A stretch of DNA of 64,000 bases from Acidobacteriota bacterium (GTDB lineage Bacteria > Acidobacteriota > UBA890 > WLXD01), in assembly GCA_963666215.2 (NCBI GenBank), contig CAXWPL010000004.1:320001-384000 (forward strand), written 5' to 3'. Both the position numbers and the translations under genes were made by a program. Positions 20,714 to 30,127 of this stretch are shown one piece after another. Numbering within the stretch: position 1 is the stretch's first letter; each line of letters opens with the position of its first letter. The notes below the pieces were generated by a model that was not told the origin of the DNA, searched no databases, and saw only the letters and a program-made list of their open reading frames with translations.

Positions 20714-21481
20714 CACGTTCCCAACCCGGTCGACGCCAGGGACCCAACGCGAGAAGCGCGCGTTGAAGGGCTGACGGGCCAGAGGCTGCTGATGGTCTTG
20801 GCACCACAGAAGGGCCACTCGGTCTTGTTCCGCGCGCTGGCGCGCTTGCCCGACGACCTCGCATCGTGGCGCTTGTGATCGTCGGGCAGGGTGAGCTCGA
20901 AGATGAGCTGGTACGCAAGCCGAGCAGCTGGGAGTCGCCGCGCGCATCGTTCAAGTCAAAGACCCCTATCCCTACTACGAAGCGGCGAGCATCCTGGTCC
21001 TGCTGAGGGCTCGAACGCGCTCCTCGAAGCCATGAGTTGCGGGTTGGCCGCGATCGTGAGCGACGCCTCACCCGGCCCACTCAGTTGGGACGGACGAGTT
21101 GAACGGCTTGGTCGTCCCTGCAGGCGACGCCACACTCGCTTCCAAGATCACAAGGCTCGCGAGGTCCCCGGATCTGCGTCGGAAGCTTGGTACTGAGGCC
21201 CGGCAACTCTCTACGCGTCATGCGTTACCGAAGGTCGTGGCACGTTGGGAGGAGCTACTCGATCCCTGGGAGTGGGATTTCAGGGACAAGACAGGACAGC
21301 CCGCTATCGGTGCACGCGCGCAACTCGTCGAGCGGACCGTGGGTGGGCCACCAGGCACCCCAGCTGGACTGGGGGAATGAAGGGCGATCCAGGGTGTCCC
21401 GCCAGTCGGCGTCCCGGACGGCTCAAAGGGTCGACCCGCGCCGCCCCGCTTGATCCGGCATTGTATGAGGGTCCGAATCTT

Positions 21482-21531
21482 AGCGGCTTGATGCAAGTAT
21501 GGGCGAAGCGGCTTGATGCAAGTATGGGCGA
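21482..21531. repeat. Exact 25-bp tandem duplication
   Basis: AGCGGCTTGATGCAAGTATGGGCGA x2. Confidence 0.95.
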
Positions 21532-21600
21532 AGACTGTCGCGCTCAGCCAGCCCTGGCTACAGTGCGGATCGATCCGATGCACCGAGAGTGCGGAGAAAA

Positions 21601-23073
21601 ATGTCGAGGCAATTTTTCATCGACTGCGGCGGCCACGACGGCTGCTCCGTCCGCAAGTTTCGGTCCGAGACCGACCCGGAAGCCGAGTTCACCGTCCACA
21701 GCTTCGAGCCCAATCCCGCCTTGCACCGGCACTACGAGGGACTGTCGAACCACGTCTTGCATCGCGAAGCGGTCTGGGATCGCGCAGGGGTGGCACGGCT
21801 TCGAGTCGACCCATTCGTCGGGTTGAACAGCACTCTCTCTGCCGGCAGGTTTGCGAGCCACAGCGCCCTGTTCGAGGACGACGCCCCCGACCCGCCGCAG
21901 ATCCAGGTTCCCTGTCTCGATCTGGCTCGGTGGATGCGTGAACACCTGCGACCCACCGACACAATTCACCTCAAGCTGGCCGTCGAGGGTGTCGAGTGGG
22001 ACATCCTGAAAGGGTTGCTCAGAGACGGGACTCTGGCCTGGATCGACCGACTGCTGCTCCACAGCGGGTCTCCGGACCGTCCTCCTCCACTGACCCGGCG
22101 ACGCTTGCTGAGGGAGGTAGGCCGACGGACCGCCGTCGAGGCCTGGGATGCGTCGCTCTACGCACACGAGCACATTCGACCCCGGCTGTTTTGCACGGTC
22201 GGCGTCGACTGGGACCTCGGCCTGCTGCCGCATTGGCTGCGACACTACCGACGAGCGGGCGTCGCACCGGCCGACTTCCATGTCGTGCTGAATACGCGCT
22301 TCGATGACAACCGCAGGGTCGAGCCCGCGCGGCGGCTGCTCGCAGCCGCCGATGTCGAGGCCAGCGCGGTGTGGCGTGGGACGTTTTCGTCTACCGCAAG
22401 GCTCGACTACAAGACCCCGTTCCTCGACGCCCTGCCCGACGACGCATGGGTGCTGGTCGTCGATTCGGACGAGTTCCATCGCTACCCCTGTCCGCTCAAG
22501 GCGATGCTCAGCTACTTCGAGGTGACTGGGATCGACGCCGTCGGAGGCCACCTCGTCGATCGGGTGGCGGCAGATGGCCGTCTCGCGGCAGTACGGCCTA
22601 CCCCGAGTGTGTTCGAGCAGTTTCCGCTGGAGTGCGATGTCACCGGGACCGTAAGCGGCGCCAAGAACTGCAAGATCCTGGCGCATCGCGCCTGGGTTCG
22701 CTGTTCAAGGTCTCATCACAAGCTAGAGCAGGACCCTCGGACTGCGCGGGCTCGTTGTGTGCCAGAGCGTTTGAAGCGCCGGCAACTCGACGGCACTGAG
22801 CGTCTCGTCGTGGACCACTTCAAGTGGACTGCCGATCTCGAAGCTCGACTCGGGGAGCGCATCGCGCACTATCGAACTCAGGGATACATGTGGTTCGACC
22901 GATCCGAGCGCTTCCTACGGTACTACCGTAAGCATGGCCACCTACGGCGAGCGCGGATCCATTCGCGGCGCGCGCGACTCGCGCGCCGGCTGTCTGGCTT
23001 GGCCCAGGAGACCATGCGCCGGCTCATGTCGGCCGGTGTCGGACGCGCCGTCCGGCGTCTGCAGCGCCGGTAG
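21601..23073 (+). CDS. FkbM-like methyltransferase fused to a GT2-like (Glyco_tranf_2_4) domain
   Basis: FIDCGGHDG, SFEPNP, LKLAVEGVEW; C-terminal WVLVVDSDEF and HFKW. Confidence 0.75.
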   Translation: MSRQFFIDCGGHDGCSVRKFRSETDPEAEFTVHSFEPNPALHRHYEGLSNHVLHREAVWDRAGVARLRVDPFVGLNSTLSAGRFASHSALFEDDAPDPPQIQVPCLDLARWMREHLRPTDTIHLKLAVEGVEWDILKGLLRDGTLAWIDRLLLHSGSPDRPPPLTRRRLLREVGRRTAVEAWDASLYAHEHIRPRLFCTVGVDWDLGLLPHWLRHYRRAGVAPADFHVVLNTRFDDNRRVEPARRLLAAADVEASAVWRGTFSSTARLDYKTPFLDALPDDAWVLVVDSDEFHRYPCPLKAMLSYFEVTGIDAVGGHLVDRVAADGRLAAVRPTPSVFEQFPLECDVTGTVSGAKNCKILAHRAWVRCSRSHHKLEQDPRTARARCVPERLKRRQLDGTERLVVDHFKWTADLEARLGERIAHYRTQGYMWFDRSERFLRYYRKHGHLRRARIHSRRARLARRLSGLAQETMRRLMSAGVGRAVRRLQRR

Positions 23074-23119
23074 GTACGGCTTGCTTGGAGCGAGATCCAC
23101 CGAGAGATAGCATGGCACG

Positions 23120-24097
23120 ATGGACTCGAACACAGGCGTCTCGCTCGTCGTCGTGCCGCGCGAACGAGCCACGGCGGCCGTCGACTCGCTGGAGTCGATC
23201 TACCGCAACACCCGAACGCCCTTCGAGCTCATCTACGTCGACTGCATGCTCTATGGTCGGCACCGGCGGCGAATCCGCGAGATGGTGGAGGCGCGCGATC
23301 ATCGCTATGTCCGTCACGAGAGGTTCCTCTACCCGAATCAGGCCAGGAACCTGGGCACCCGCCACGCACGGGGGAAGTACCTCGTTTTCGTCGACAATGA
23401 CATCTTCGTCGAGCCCGGCTGGCTCGCGTCACTGGTTCGGTGCGCCGATGACACCGGCGCCGGTGTCGTAGGCCCGCTCTACCTCGAGGGCGAGCCTGAC
23501 GATCCGATGGTGCATTGCGCAGGGGGCAGCATCGAGTTCGTCGAGGACCACGGCGGCGGCACGCGGCGAATCATCGTCTGCCAAAACGAACTCAAGACTC
23601 CCCTCGCCAAGATGCCCGAGCTTCAGCGTGGTCCTACGGGGCTCGTGGAGTTCCACTCCGTCCTCGTGACCCGAGAATGTCTCGACGCGATGGGAGGAGA
23701 GTTCGACCCGTCACTGAAGACGACGCGGGAACACGTGGACTTGTGCCTCTCGGCCACGGGCGCCGGTTTCGACGTCTATCTCGAAGCAGACAGCCGGGTG
23801 TGCTACCGCTACACGAAACCGCTTCACCTCCTCGACCTTCGATACTTCCTGTTCCGTTGGTCGGACTCCGCCACCGAGTCGACCATTGACCACTTCGAAC
23901 AGAAGTGGCAGACGAAGCTAGACGCGCGACGACGGACCATCATCGAAGGCCGACGAAAGCGGGCTATCATCGCGGCCGTCAGCCAGAACGGGGTGGTTCG
24001 CCGGATCGGCGGTAAACGCGTGGTTCGGCAGTTGGTCGAACGCCTCTACGCTCTTCCCGATTTCAGTTCGCTGATCTCGTTGCGCAAACCGAGCTGA
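23120..24097 (+). CDS. GT2 family glycosyltransferase
   Basis: ARNLG, YLVFVDND, EHVDLC. Confidence 0.85.
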   Translation: MDSNTGVSLVVVPRERATAAVDSLESIYRNTRTPFELIYVDCMLYGRHRRRIREMVEARDHRYVRHERFLYPNQARNLGTRHARGKYLVFVDNDIFVEPGWLASLVRCADDTGAGVVGPLYLEGEPDDPMVHCAGGSIEFVEDHGGGTRRIIVCQNELKTPLAKMPELQRGPTGLVEFHSVLVTRECLDAMGGEFDPSLKTTREHVDLCLSATGAGFDVYLEADSRVCYRYTKPLHLLDLRYFLFRWSDSATESTIDHFEQKWQTKLDARRRTIIEGRRKRAIIAAVSQNGVVRRIGGKRVVRQLVERLYALPDFSSLISLRKPS

Positions 24098-24157
24098 CCG
24101 AGGCTCGATGCGTGGCTAATGGAGCGCGGCGCCAGGGTGCCCGACTCGAAGGGTGTG

Positions 24158-25012
24158 CTACACCAGTCCGTAGTGCCGAAACGTACCCGCGATGAACCCG
24201 TCGTTGAGATCGCGGTTGTGCGCGGCCAATGCGACGCCCGCGTCTTCGGCGGCCCTGAACTCCGGGATGGGCGGCAGGGTGTGACCTCCGACCTTGGCGA
24301 TCCTGGCAAGTGAGAGTTTCAATGTCGGGGTCTTCCGAGCCAGCAGCGCGGCACCGACCCAGGCATCGCACCTCGACGGGCACAAGCGTTTGAAATCGTC
24401 GCTGAAGAACGGCTTGGCGAGCATGTCGGGAGTGAGCAGGTGCCCGTCCTTGGCAGTCGTCATCAGCGTGTGACTGAGCAGCTCGTCGTAGCCGTCGACC
24501 TTGGGCCACGTGCGGTAAGGCAGCGGCCGACCGCCTTCGTAGAGGATCCGTCGGGCCCGAAACGCCACCGCGCAGCGCTCCCGCCGGTACCCCGCATAGA
24601 GAGACTCGAGCCATCGAGGGGGGTAGCACGTGTCGTCGGCGGCGGTCACCACGATCAGCGAAGACAACTGGCCGCGGAAGTGCTCGATAGTGGGCATGAT
24701 CTTGCGAAACGGGCCCGTGTTCTCCGTGTAGCGGACCTCCACGGGGGTGTCCGCGGCGTCGGCGAGCGCCCGCAAGTTGGTCGGAATCTGATCCCGCGGG
24801 ACGCCGCGATCGAAGAGGAACGGTTCCTCGGACAGCCAGATGAGGATTCGCTCTGGCTGCAGCGTCTGCTCGAGCAGCGACTGCACCACCTCGGCCAGTC
24901 GGCCGATCCGAAGCGACGTCGCAGTCAGGCTGACGACAAGCACGGCTCGGCCGTATGACGTGCGTTGGGCTCGAAAAGGTGGGCCATCATCGTTCATCGA
25001 ACCTTCACCCAC
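24158..25012 (-). CDS. Putative GT-A glycosyltransferase
   Basis: VVSLT...SLLEQTLQP, NTGPFRKIMP, VTAADDTCYP (variant of the usual TADDD). Confidence 0.7.
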   Translation of the reverse strand: MGEGSMNDDGPPFRAQRTSYGRAVLVVSLTATSLRIGRLAEVVQSLLEQTLQPERILIWLSEEPFLFDRGVPRDQIPTNLRALADAADTPVEVRYTENTGPFRKIMPTIEHFRGQLSSLIVVTAADDTCYPPRWLESLYAGYRRERCAVAFRARRILYEGGRPLPYRTWPKVDGYDELLSHTLMTTAKDGHLLTPDMLAKPFFSDDFKRLCPSRCDAWVGAALLARKTPTLKLSLARIAKVGGHTLPPIPEFRAAEDAGVALAAHNRDLNDGFIAGTFRHYGLV

Positions 25013-25172
25013 GAAGCCGGCGCGGGCAAGTGGAGACTCAGAAGGTCAGGGTTCTCAGGAGGTCATCCCTCACGAGGTGGATACGCTCACCGTCGAAGTG
25101 ACGGGAGGAGGTGTCATCCGCGGAAGCGACGCGCAACACCTGGCGAATACCACGTGACGCGGCCCCACCCCC

Positions 25173-26133
25173 CTAGGTGTGAGTTCTAGGTAGGTTGTTC
25201 ACGAACTCACCCCTGAGAGCCGAGCGATCGGCGGTGTCATGCCGATGCCGGCGTGGGGACGGTGACGATTGTAGTGGTTGAGCCAGGGCCGTAGAGCTCG
25301 AGTACGTCGAGCTGAGGTCTGGTAGCAGGTGCCGTAGGCCCACTGCTCCTTGAGTGTGCGGATGAAGCGTTCGGCTTTGCCGTTGGTTCTGGGGGTGTAG
25401 GGCCGGGTGTAAATGTGCCGGATCTCGAGTTGATGGCATAGGCGATTGAAGCGCTTCGAGACGTAGCCAGGCCCGTTGTCTGTCATCACTCGGCGCACCG
25501 CTACTCCCATCGAAGCGAAGTGCTCGACGGCTCGCTGCAGGAACGCTGTGCAGGTGTGTTGGTCTTCGGCGGGCAGCACTTCGACGTACGCCACCCGAGA
25601 GTGATCGTCGATAGCGACGTGGGCGTTCTCCCAGCCGACGCCGTAGGCCCGCTTGGAGCGGTCGCCGTGGATGCGGTGTCCAGGTCGCCGGATACGGGCC
25701 AGTTTCTTCGTATCCAGGTGCAGTAGGTCACCGGGGTGCTCGTACTCGTAGCGAACGATCTCGGGCTTGGGCTCGAGCGCATCAAGCTTGGCGAGTCCGA
25801 GCCGCTTCAGCCACGCCGAGACGGTCGAGCGCGGCACAGCCAACCTTCGGCTGATCTGCCAGGCCGTCAGTCGCCGCCGACGTAGCTTGTCGATCTGCCT
25901 CACAACTCCAGCGCTTGTTGCGTGCGGACAGCACGTCGGCCGGCTTGATCGATCGAGCAGCCCGGCCTCACCTTCTCGCTCGTATCTATCCAGCCACTTG
26001 TAAACCGTTCGAGCCGACACGCCGAGCGCCGCCGCCGTTTCCGTCACGGGCTCCGTACGCCCCGCTCCCGGACTCGGCGGACCATCTCTCGGCGTATATA
26101 CGGCATCGTGCGGGCGTTACCATGCAGCTGCAT
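25173..26133 (-). pseudogene. IS481 transposase, frameshifted
   Basis: MQLHGNART start at 26133 is out of frame with the core (HLDTKKL, IDDHSR, TDNG, TNGKAERF); the VNNLPRTHT tail is in another frame than the core. Confidence 0.8.
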
Positions 26134-26225
26134 CGGGCGCTCCTTCTGAGGTCGTGGAGTCTTTTGAACAACCCCATTGATCTCAGAAGTGAGCCCCGAT
26201 GTGAACAACCTACTTAGAAAACACA
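25178..26225 (-). mobile_element. IS481 family insertion sequence, 1048 bp
   Basis: TGT...ACA ends with AGGTTGTTCAC/GTGAACAACCT TIRs; 6-bp TSD CCTAGG at 25172-25177 and 26226-26231. Confidence 0.93.
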
Positions 26226-26236
26226 CCTAGGGAGTC

Positions 26237-26290
26237 GTCTCCACAATGTCTCCACGACTGGGGTCGACTCGGGGAGACTGGAGGCGGCCT
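26237..26290 (+). repeat. Orphan copy of the island right-end (att arm) sequence
   Basis: GTCTCCACAATGTCTCCACGACTGGGGTCGACTC closely matches 46894-46927; no ssrA core follows. Confidence 0.8.
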
Positions 26291-26476
26291 CCAGCGCCAG
26301 GCGCGGCCGCGCCGCGATCAGTTGTCGCTGAATCTGGCCCTTGCCGCTATCCCTGCAAATCATTGCCACCTAGTCTATGGAGACTTGGCTAGGACAGACT
26401 TCACTTCTGGCCTATCCCCGGGTACAGGCGACCATACATTGATCACGCCGGTCCAAAACAACAACGCCTATTGCCG

Positions 26477-27313
26477 ATGAAGTTCCGAGCTAGAGCGATC
26501 AAATCCCTTCGGAGGTTGCGCGCCAGAACTAGCCCGCGCCTCTCGAAAGGCGATGACTTGACCAAAGTCGCGGCTGGGAACGAGGTTATTGGCAAGAACG
26601 GCAATGTTAGGTTCGGATTTGACACCGAGAAGCAACTGTTCTTTGCGAGGGACGTTCATTCAGACAGGAAAGTCTACGTCTCCGCTCGTGAGCGTCTCGC
26701 GCTTTATCGCAAGGGGACTGCGCACCGAAAGAACAGGCTACTAAGTGATTACCGGATTCCACCCAATCTTGTTCGCCCACAAGACATGGTTATCGACGTC
26801 GGCGCGAACAGTGGCGAGCTCGGAATCTGGGTTCTATCGTCGGGGGGACAATACGCGGCTTTTGAACCGGACCCTGATGCTTTCAGAGCATTACAAAACA
26901 ACGTCTCCAGCCCGAGTTTGTTCGCTGTTGCTCTGGGCGATTCAAACGGAATAGCGGAGTTCTACTTGAGCACCGAAGAGGGTGGTTCCAGTCTTTTTCG
27001 ACCGCAGACCTTCAGCGAAGAAATTTCCGTTGAGCAGAAAACCCTAGACGCATGCTTGGCCGATTTGGATATTCCTCGAACAATACGATTGGTGAAGATC
27101 GACGTGGAGGGAATGGAACCGGAGGTAATCGCGGGTGCGCGCGAAACACTATTGCGAACCGAGTTTGTCGCCGTCGACGCGGGGCCGGAACGCGGCATGG
27201 AGACTACCGTTCCAGAGGTCTTGAACGCTCTTTTTGCTGGCGGTTTTGAAATTGTGTCCTGCTTTCTTCGCAGAGGCGCGTTTCTCCTGAGGAACACTAG
27301 ACTAGTAGGTTGA
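26477..27313 (+). CDS. FkbM family methyltransferase, lower GC than its neighbours
   Basis: VIDVGANSGE, AFEPDP, VKIDVEGMEPEV. Confidence 0.9.
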   Translation: MKFRARAIKSLRRLRARTSPRLSKGDDLTKVAAGNEVIGKNGNVRFGFDTEKQLFFARDVHSDRKVYVSARERLALYRKGTAHRKNRLLSDYRIPPNLVRPQDMVIDVGANSGELGIWVLSSGGQYAAFEPDPDAFRALQNNVSSPSLFAVALGDSNGIAEFYLSTEEGGSSLFRPQTFSEEISVEQKTLDACLADLDIPRTIRLVKIDVEGMEPEVIAGARETLLRTEFVAVDAGPERGMETTVPEVLNALFAGGFEIVSCFLRRGAFLLRNTRLVG

Positions 27314-27339
27314 ACCGCCCCGGGGTTCGCCAGAGCACC
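27311..27339 (+). mobile_element. Solo IS3-family terminal inverted repeat
   Basis: TGAACCGCCCCGG matches the start of IS6110/IS51-group IRs (recalled); no transposase adjacent. Confidence 0.5.
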
Positions 27340-27486
27340 GGGGGCCACGCGTGGCAACCTCCTTTTGCGCCGCCGCATTGGTTGGCTTGAAGCCGTCACA
27401 ACTACGACACATGTAACATTTGGGTGGGATGGGAAACCCGCGTGCCGCCCAGTTCGACCGACCCCTATAGAGACTAGGTTCCAGCG

Positions 27487-28911
27487 TCAGCCGGATTCTG
27501 CCGGCGCTTCGTGGTACCGGTCGTCGGAGTTCACGGCCCATACATCGTGCTTGCCACCAAAGAGGTTCTCCACCGCGAGGATCGCTGTATGCATCGAGTG
27601 GTCTTGATTGTTGTACTTGTGGAGGCCGTTGCGCCCGACCGTCTGGAGGTTCTCGATGCTCTCGACATGTTCCGCGAGCTGGCGCACGTGGTCCCGGTAA
27701 CTATCGTCGTAGATCGGATAGGCTTTCCGCTGCCGATACACCACGCCGTCCTCGACGCGCTCTCTGGCAACCAGATTGAGACCTTGCAACTCACGGGCGG
27801 CGAGCTCCACGAGTTCGGAGTCTTCCATCTCCCACAGATCGTCGCCAACGTTGACGAAGTACTCGGCACCGAGACTGGTCTTGTTAACGTCGGCAACCAT
27901 GTCGACGCTCCAGTTCTTGTAGTTCTGAAGTCGCCCCATCCGGACATCGGGATCGTGGATGTAGATCCAGTTGTCAGGAAACACGTCGCGCTTGTCGACC
28001 ACCAGGCACACGGTCAGAAAGTCGCGGTAGCGTAGAGCGCGGCCAGCCTCGACGACCACGTCGGGCGGCGCCGGTTCCATCCGACGGATCAGCGTCGCCA
28101 ACGGCATCGACGAGATCAACTCGTCGACCGGGACCGTTTCGGTTGCGCCCTGGATGCCGACCACAAGCGAGGTGATCCGATTGCCTTCGCGCCGCAGGGT
28201 GAGGATCTCATGATGGCAGTGCACCTCGCCGCCATGATCGGCAATCCACGACCGCATCGCCTCCCACATCATCCCCGGTCCGAGTCGTGGGTAATGGAAC
28301 TGGTCGATCAAGGACTTGACGCCGTTCTGATGGCCACCCGGCAGCGCGTTCCGCAACGCGGTCATGAACGAAAGACCCTGAATCCGCTGCGCCGCCCATT
28401 CAGCGCTGATCTCGTGACACGGGATACCCCACACCTTCTCCGTATAGCTCTTGAAGAAAGCCCGGTACAGTCGTTTGCCGAAGCGGTTCGAGACCCACTG
28501 TTCGAAGTTCTCCTCGACCCGCGACGGGAAAACGGCAGCGCGCAGATAGCTCAACAGAATCAGCGCGCTCTCCGCCGGGCCGAGGTTGCCGAGAACATTG
28601 CCGATGCGCAGCGGGTAATCGAACAACTCGCCGTTGTAGTGGATGCGCGACAACCGGGACACGGTCAGGAACTGATCGCCGAGCAGCTCCTCCCAGATCT
28701 TCTGGATGTCCTCGGACTGGGTGAAGAATCGATGGCCGCCGATGTCGAATCGGTAACCGCGATATTGCTCGGTCCGTGCAATTCCGCCAACGATCGGTCC
28801 GCTCTCGAACACAACCGGAACGTGCCCTTGCTTGCACAGCGAATAGGCGGCGGTGAGTCCAGCCGGACCACCGCCGACTATGTGCACGCGTTTGGGACGG
28901 TCCGAGGGCAT
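27487..28911 (-). CDS. NAD(P)/FAD-dependent oxidoreductase (amine oxidase/UDP-galactopyranose mutase-like)
   Basis: GGGPAGL, VGGIART, FDIGGHRFF, YTEKVWG, GRNGLHKYNNQDHS; start at MPSDRP. Confidence 0.88.
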   Translation of the reverse strand: MPSDRPKRVHIVGGGPAGLTAAYSLCKQGHVPVVFESGPIVGGIARTEQYRGYRFDIGGHRFFTQSEDIQKIWEELLGDQFLTVSRLSRIHYNGELFDYPLRIGNVLGNLGPAESALILLSYLRAAVFPSRVEENFEQWVSNRFGKRLYRAFFKSYTEKVWGIPCHEISAEWAAQRIQGLSFMTALRNALPGGHQNGVKSLIDQFHYPRLGPGMMWEAMRSWIADHGGEVHCHHEILTLRREGNRITSLVVGIQGATETVPVDELISSMPLATLIRRMEPAPPDVVVEAGRALRYRDFLTVCLVVDKRDVFPDNWIYIHDPDVRMGRLQNYKNWSVDMVADVNKTSLGAEYFVNVGDDLWEMEDSELVELAARELQGLNLVARERVEDGVVYRQRKAYPIYDDSYRDHVRQLAEHVESIENLQTVGRNGLHKYNNQDHSMHTAILAVENLFGGKHDVWAVNSDDRYHEAPAESG

Positions 28912-28991
28912 CAGCGTATGGGCCCGTGGGCAGGTGAGCGGCTGGGGAAGGACTGTGGCCCAACCCAATTGCGCAGACCACCGCAGCCATC

Positions 28992-30038
28992 TTACCGCCG
29001 CCGCGAACTCGTGCATACCTGCACCCACAGCGCCGCAGCGCCGCAGTAGAGAAAGTACACGAGGTGAACTGGGGCCGCCCGGAGTGCAAGACTGATCCCC
29101 TGATTGCGTCCCAAGAAGGTGTAGGAGCGCCTGTTGAGGCCTAGAACAACGAGCACCGCCAGCACCGCAGCGCCCAGGAAGGTCTCCACCTTCGCCGGGA
29201 AAGCGAAGGCCAGGAGCACACACAACAGCGCTGTATACAGGATCAGGACACAAGCCCGCTGAGTTCGGTCGATGTTCAGGGTGGCAGACAACGTTCTCCG
29301 CTCGCGCAGGAGACGCAGCCATGGAATCGCCCGGCGCAGGATATCGGTGGCGACCATGCTCCCGAGCGTCCACCGTTTGAGGTGCGTTGCCTGCACTCGG
29401 GGGTCCAGTAGAATCCGGTGACCGGCATCGGAGAGTCGGTAGCCGAGTTCGATATCTTCGATCGAGGGTTCCCGATAGGACTCGTCGAAACCGCTGACCT
29501 TGACGAAGACCTCCTTCCGTACCGCCCCGCAGCCCGCCCAGAAGGTACTGGCCTGTAGTGTGCCGCTCTGGTGCACAAAGTGGTGCGAGAGGTTCTTGTA
29601 GCGGCTGAAGAATCCCTCTGCCGGCGGCGAGTCATCATAGGAACCGAACACCGCATCCACTCGCGCGGGCGCGCCGTCACCGGCACTCTCCAGATCCACC
29701 GTAGATCGTGCGAACACCCTCGTGCCGTGGAACCCGAAGTGTGCGGCAATTCGTTCCAGCGCATCGTCATGCACGCAGACATCGGCATCGACGAAGAGGA
29801 GGATCTCACCACGCGCAATGTCCGCGCCACGATTGCGAGCCGTGGCGGGCCCGACGCGGGTCTGCATCTGCACGACCTGCGCTCCGTGACCACGGGCGAT
29901 TTCGGCGGTGTTGTCGGCGGAGGCGTCGTTCACGACGATCAGCTCAAAATCTTGCCAGGTGGAGGCCTTCAGTGCGTCAAGCGACGCCCCGAGCGTTTCC
30001 GCGGCATTTCGTGCCGGCACGATCACACTCACTAACAT
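28992..30038 (-). CDS. GT2 family glycosyltransferase with C-terminal TM helices
   Basis: VSVIVPARN, VVNDAS, ARNRG, FVDAD, EDIELGYRL. Confidence 0.9.
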   Translation of the reverse strand: MLVSVIVPARNAAETLGASLDALKASTWQDFELIVVNDASADNTAEIARGHGAQVVQMQTRVGPATARNRGADIARGEILLFVDADVCVHDDALERIAAHFGFHGTRVFARSTVDLESAGDGAPARVDAVFGSYDDSPPAEGFFSRYKNLSHHFVHQSGTLQASTFWAGCGAVRKEVFVKVSGFDESYREPSIEDIELGYRLSDAGHRILLDPRVQATHLKRWTLGSMVATDILRRAIPWLRLLRERRTLSATLNIDRTQRACVLILYTALLCVLLAFAFPAKVETFLGAAVLAVLVVLGLNRRSYTFLGRNQGISLALRAAPVHLVYFLYCGAAALWVQVCTSSRRR

Positions 30039-30042
30039 CGCG

Positions 30043-30111
30043 TCCTGGTGGGATCTCGCACGAGGGGTCGAGTTCGTAGCGAATGAAACTCGGGGCAAGG
30101 CAGAAGGACTC
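30043..30111 (-). pseudogene. 69-bp relic of a paralogue of the GT-C gene
   Basis: 60/69 identical by hand to 44823-44891 (ESFCLAPSFIRYELDPSCEI vs ESFSLAPGFIRYELDPSFEI). Confidence 0.75.
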
Positions 30112-30127
30112 ACACGGTCCGCATTCC

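Larger units (their letters stand above)
18435..21380 (+). pseudogene. GT-A-like/GT4 fusion glycosyltransferase, interrupted and partly duplicated
   Basis: N-terminal YLDAD domain; PHLGDGGVQRV GT4 N-lobe; C-lobe VGRLAPQKGH and EGSPNALLEAM present in two damaged copies. Confidence 0.75.
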
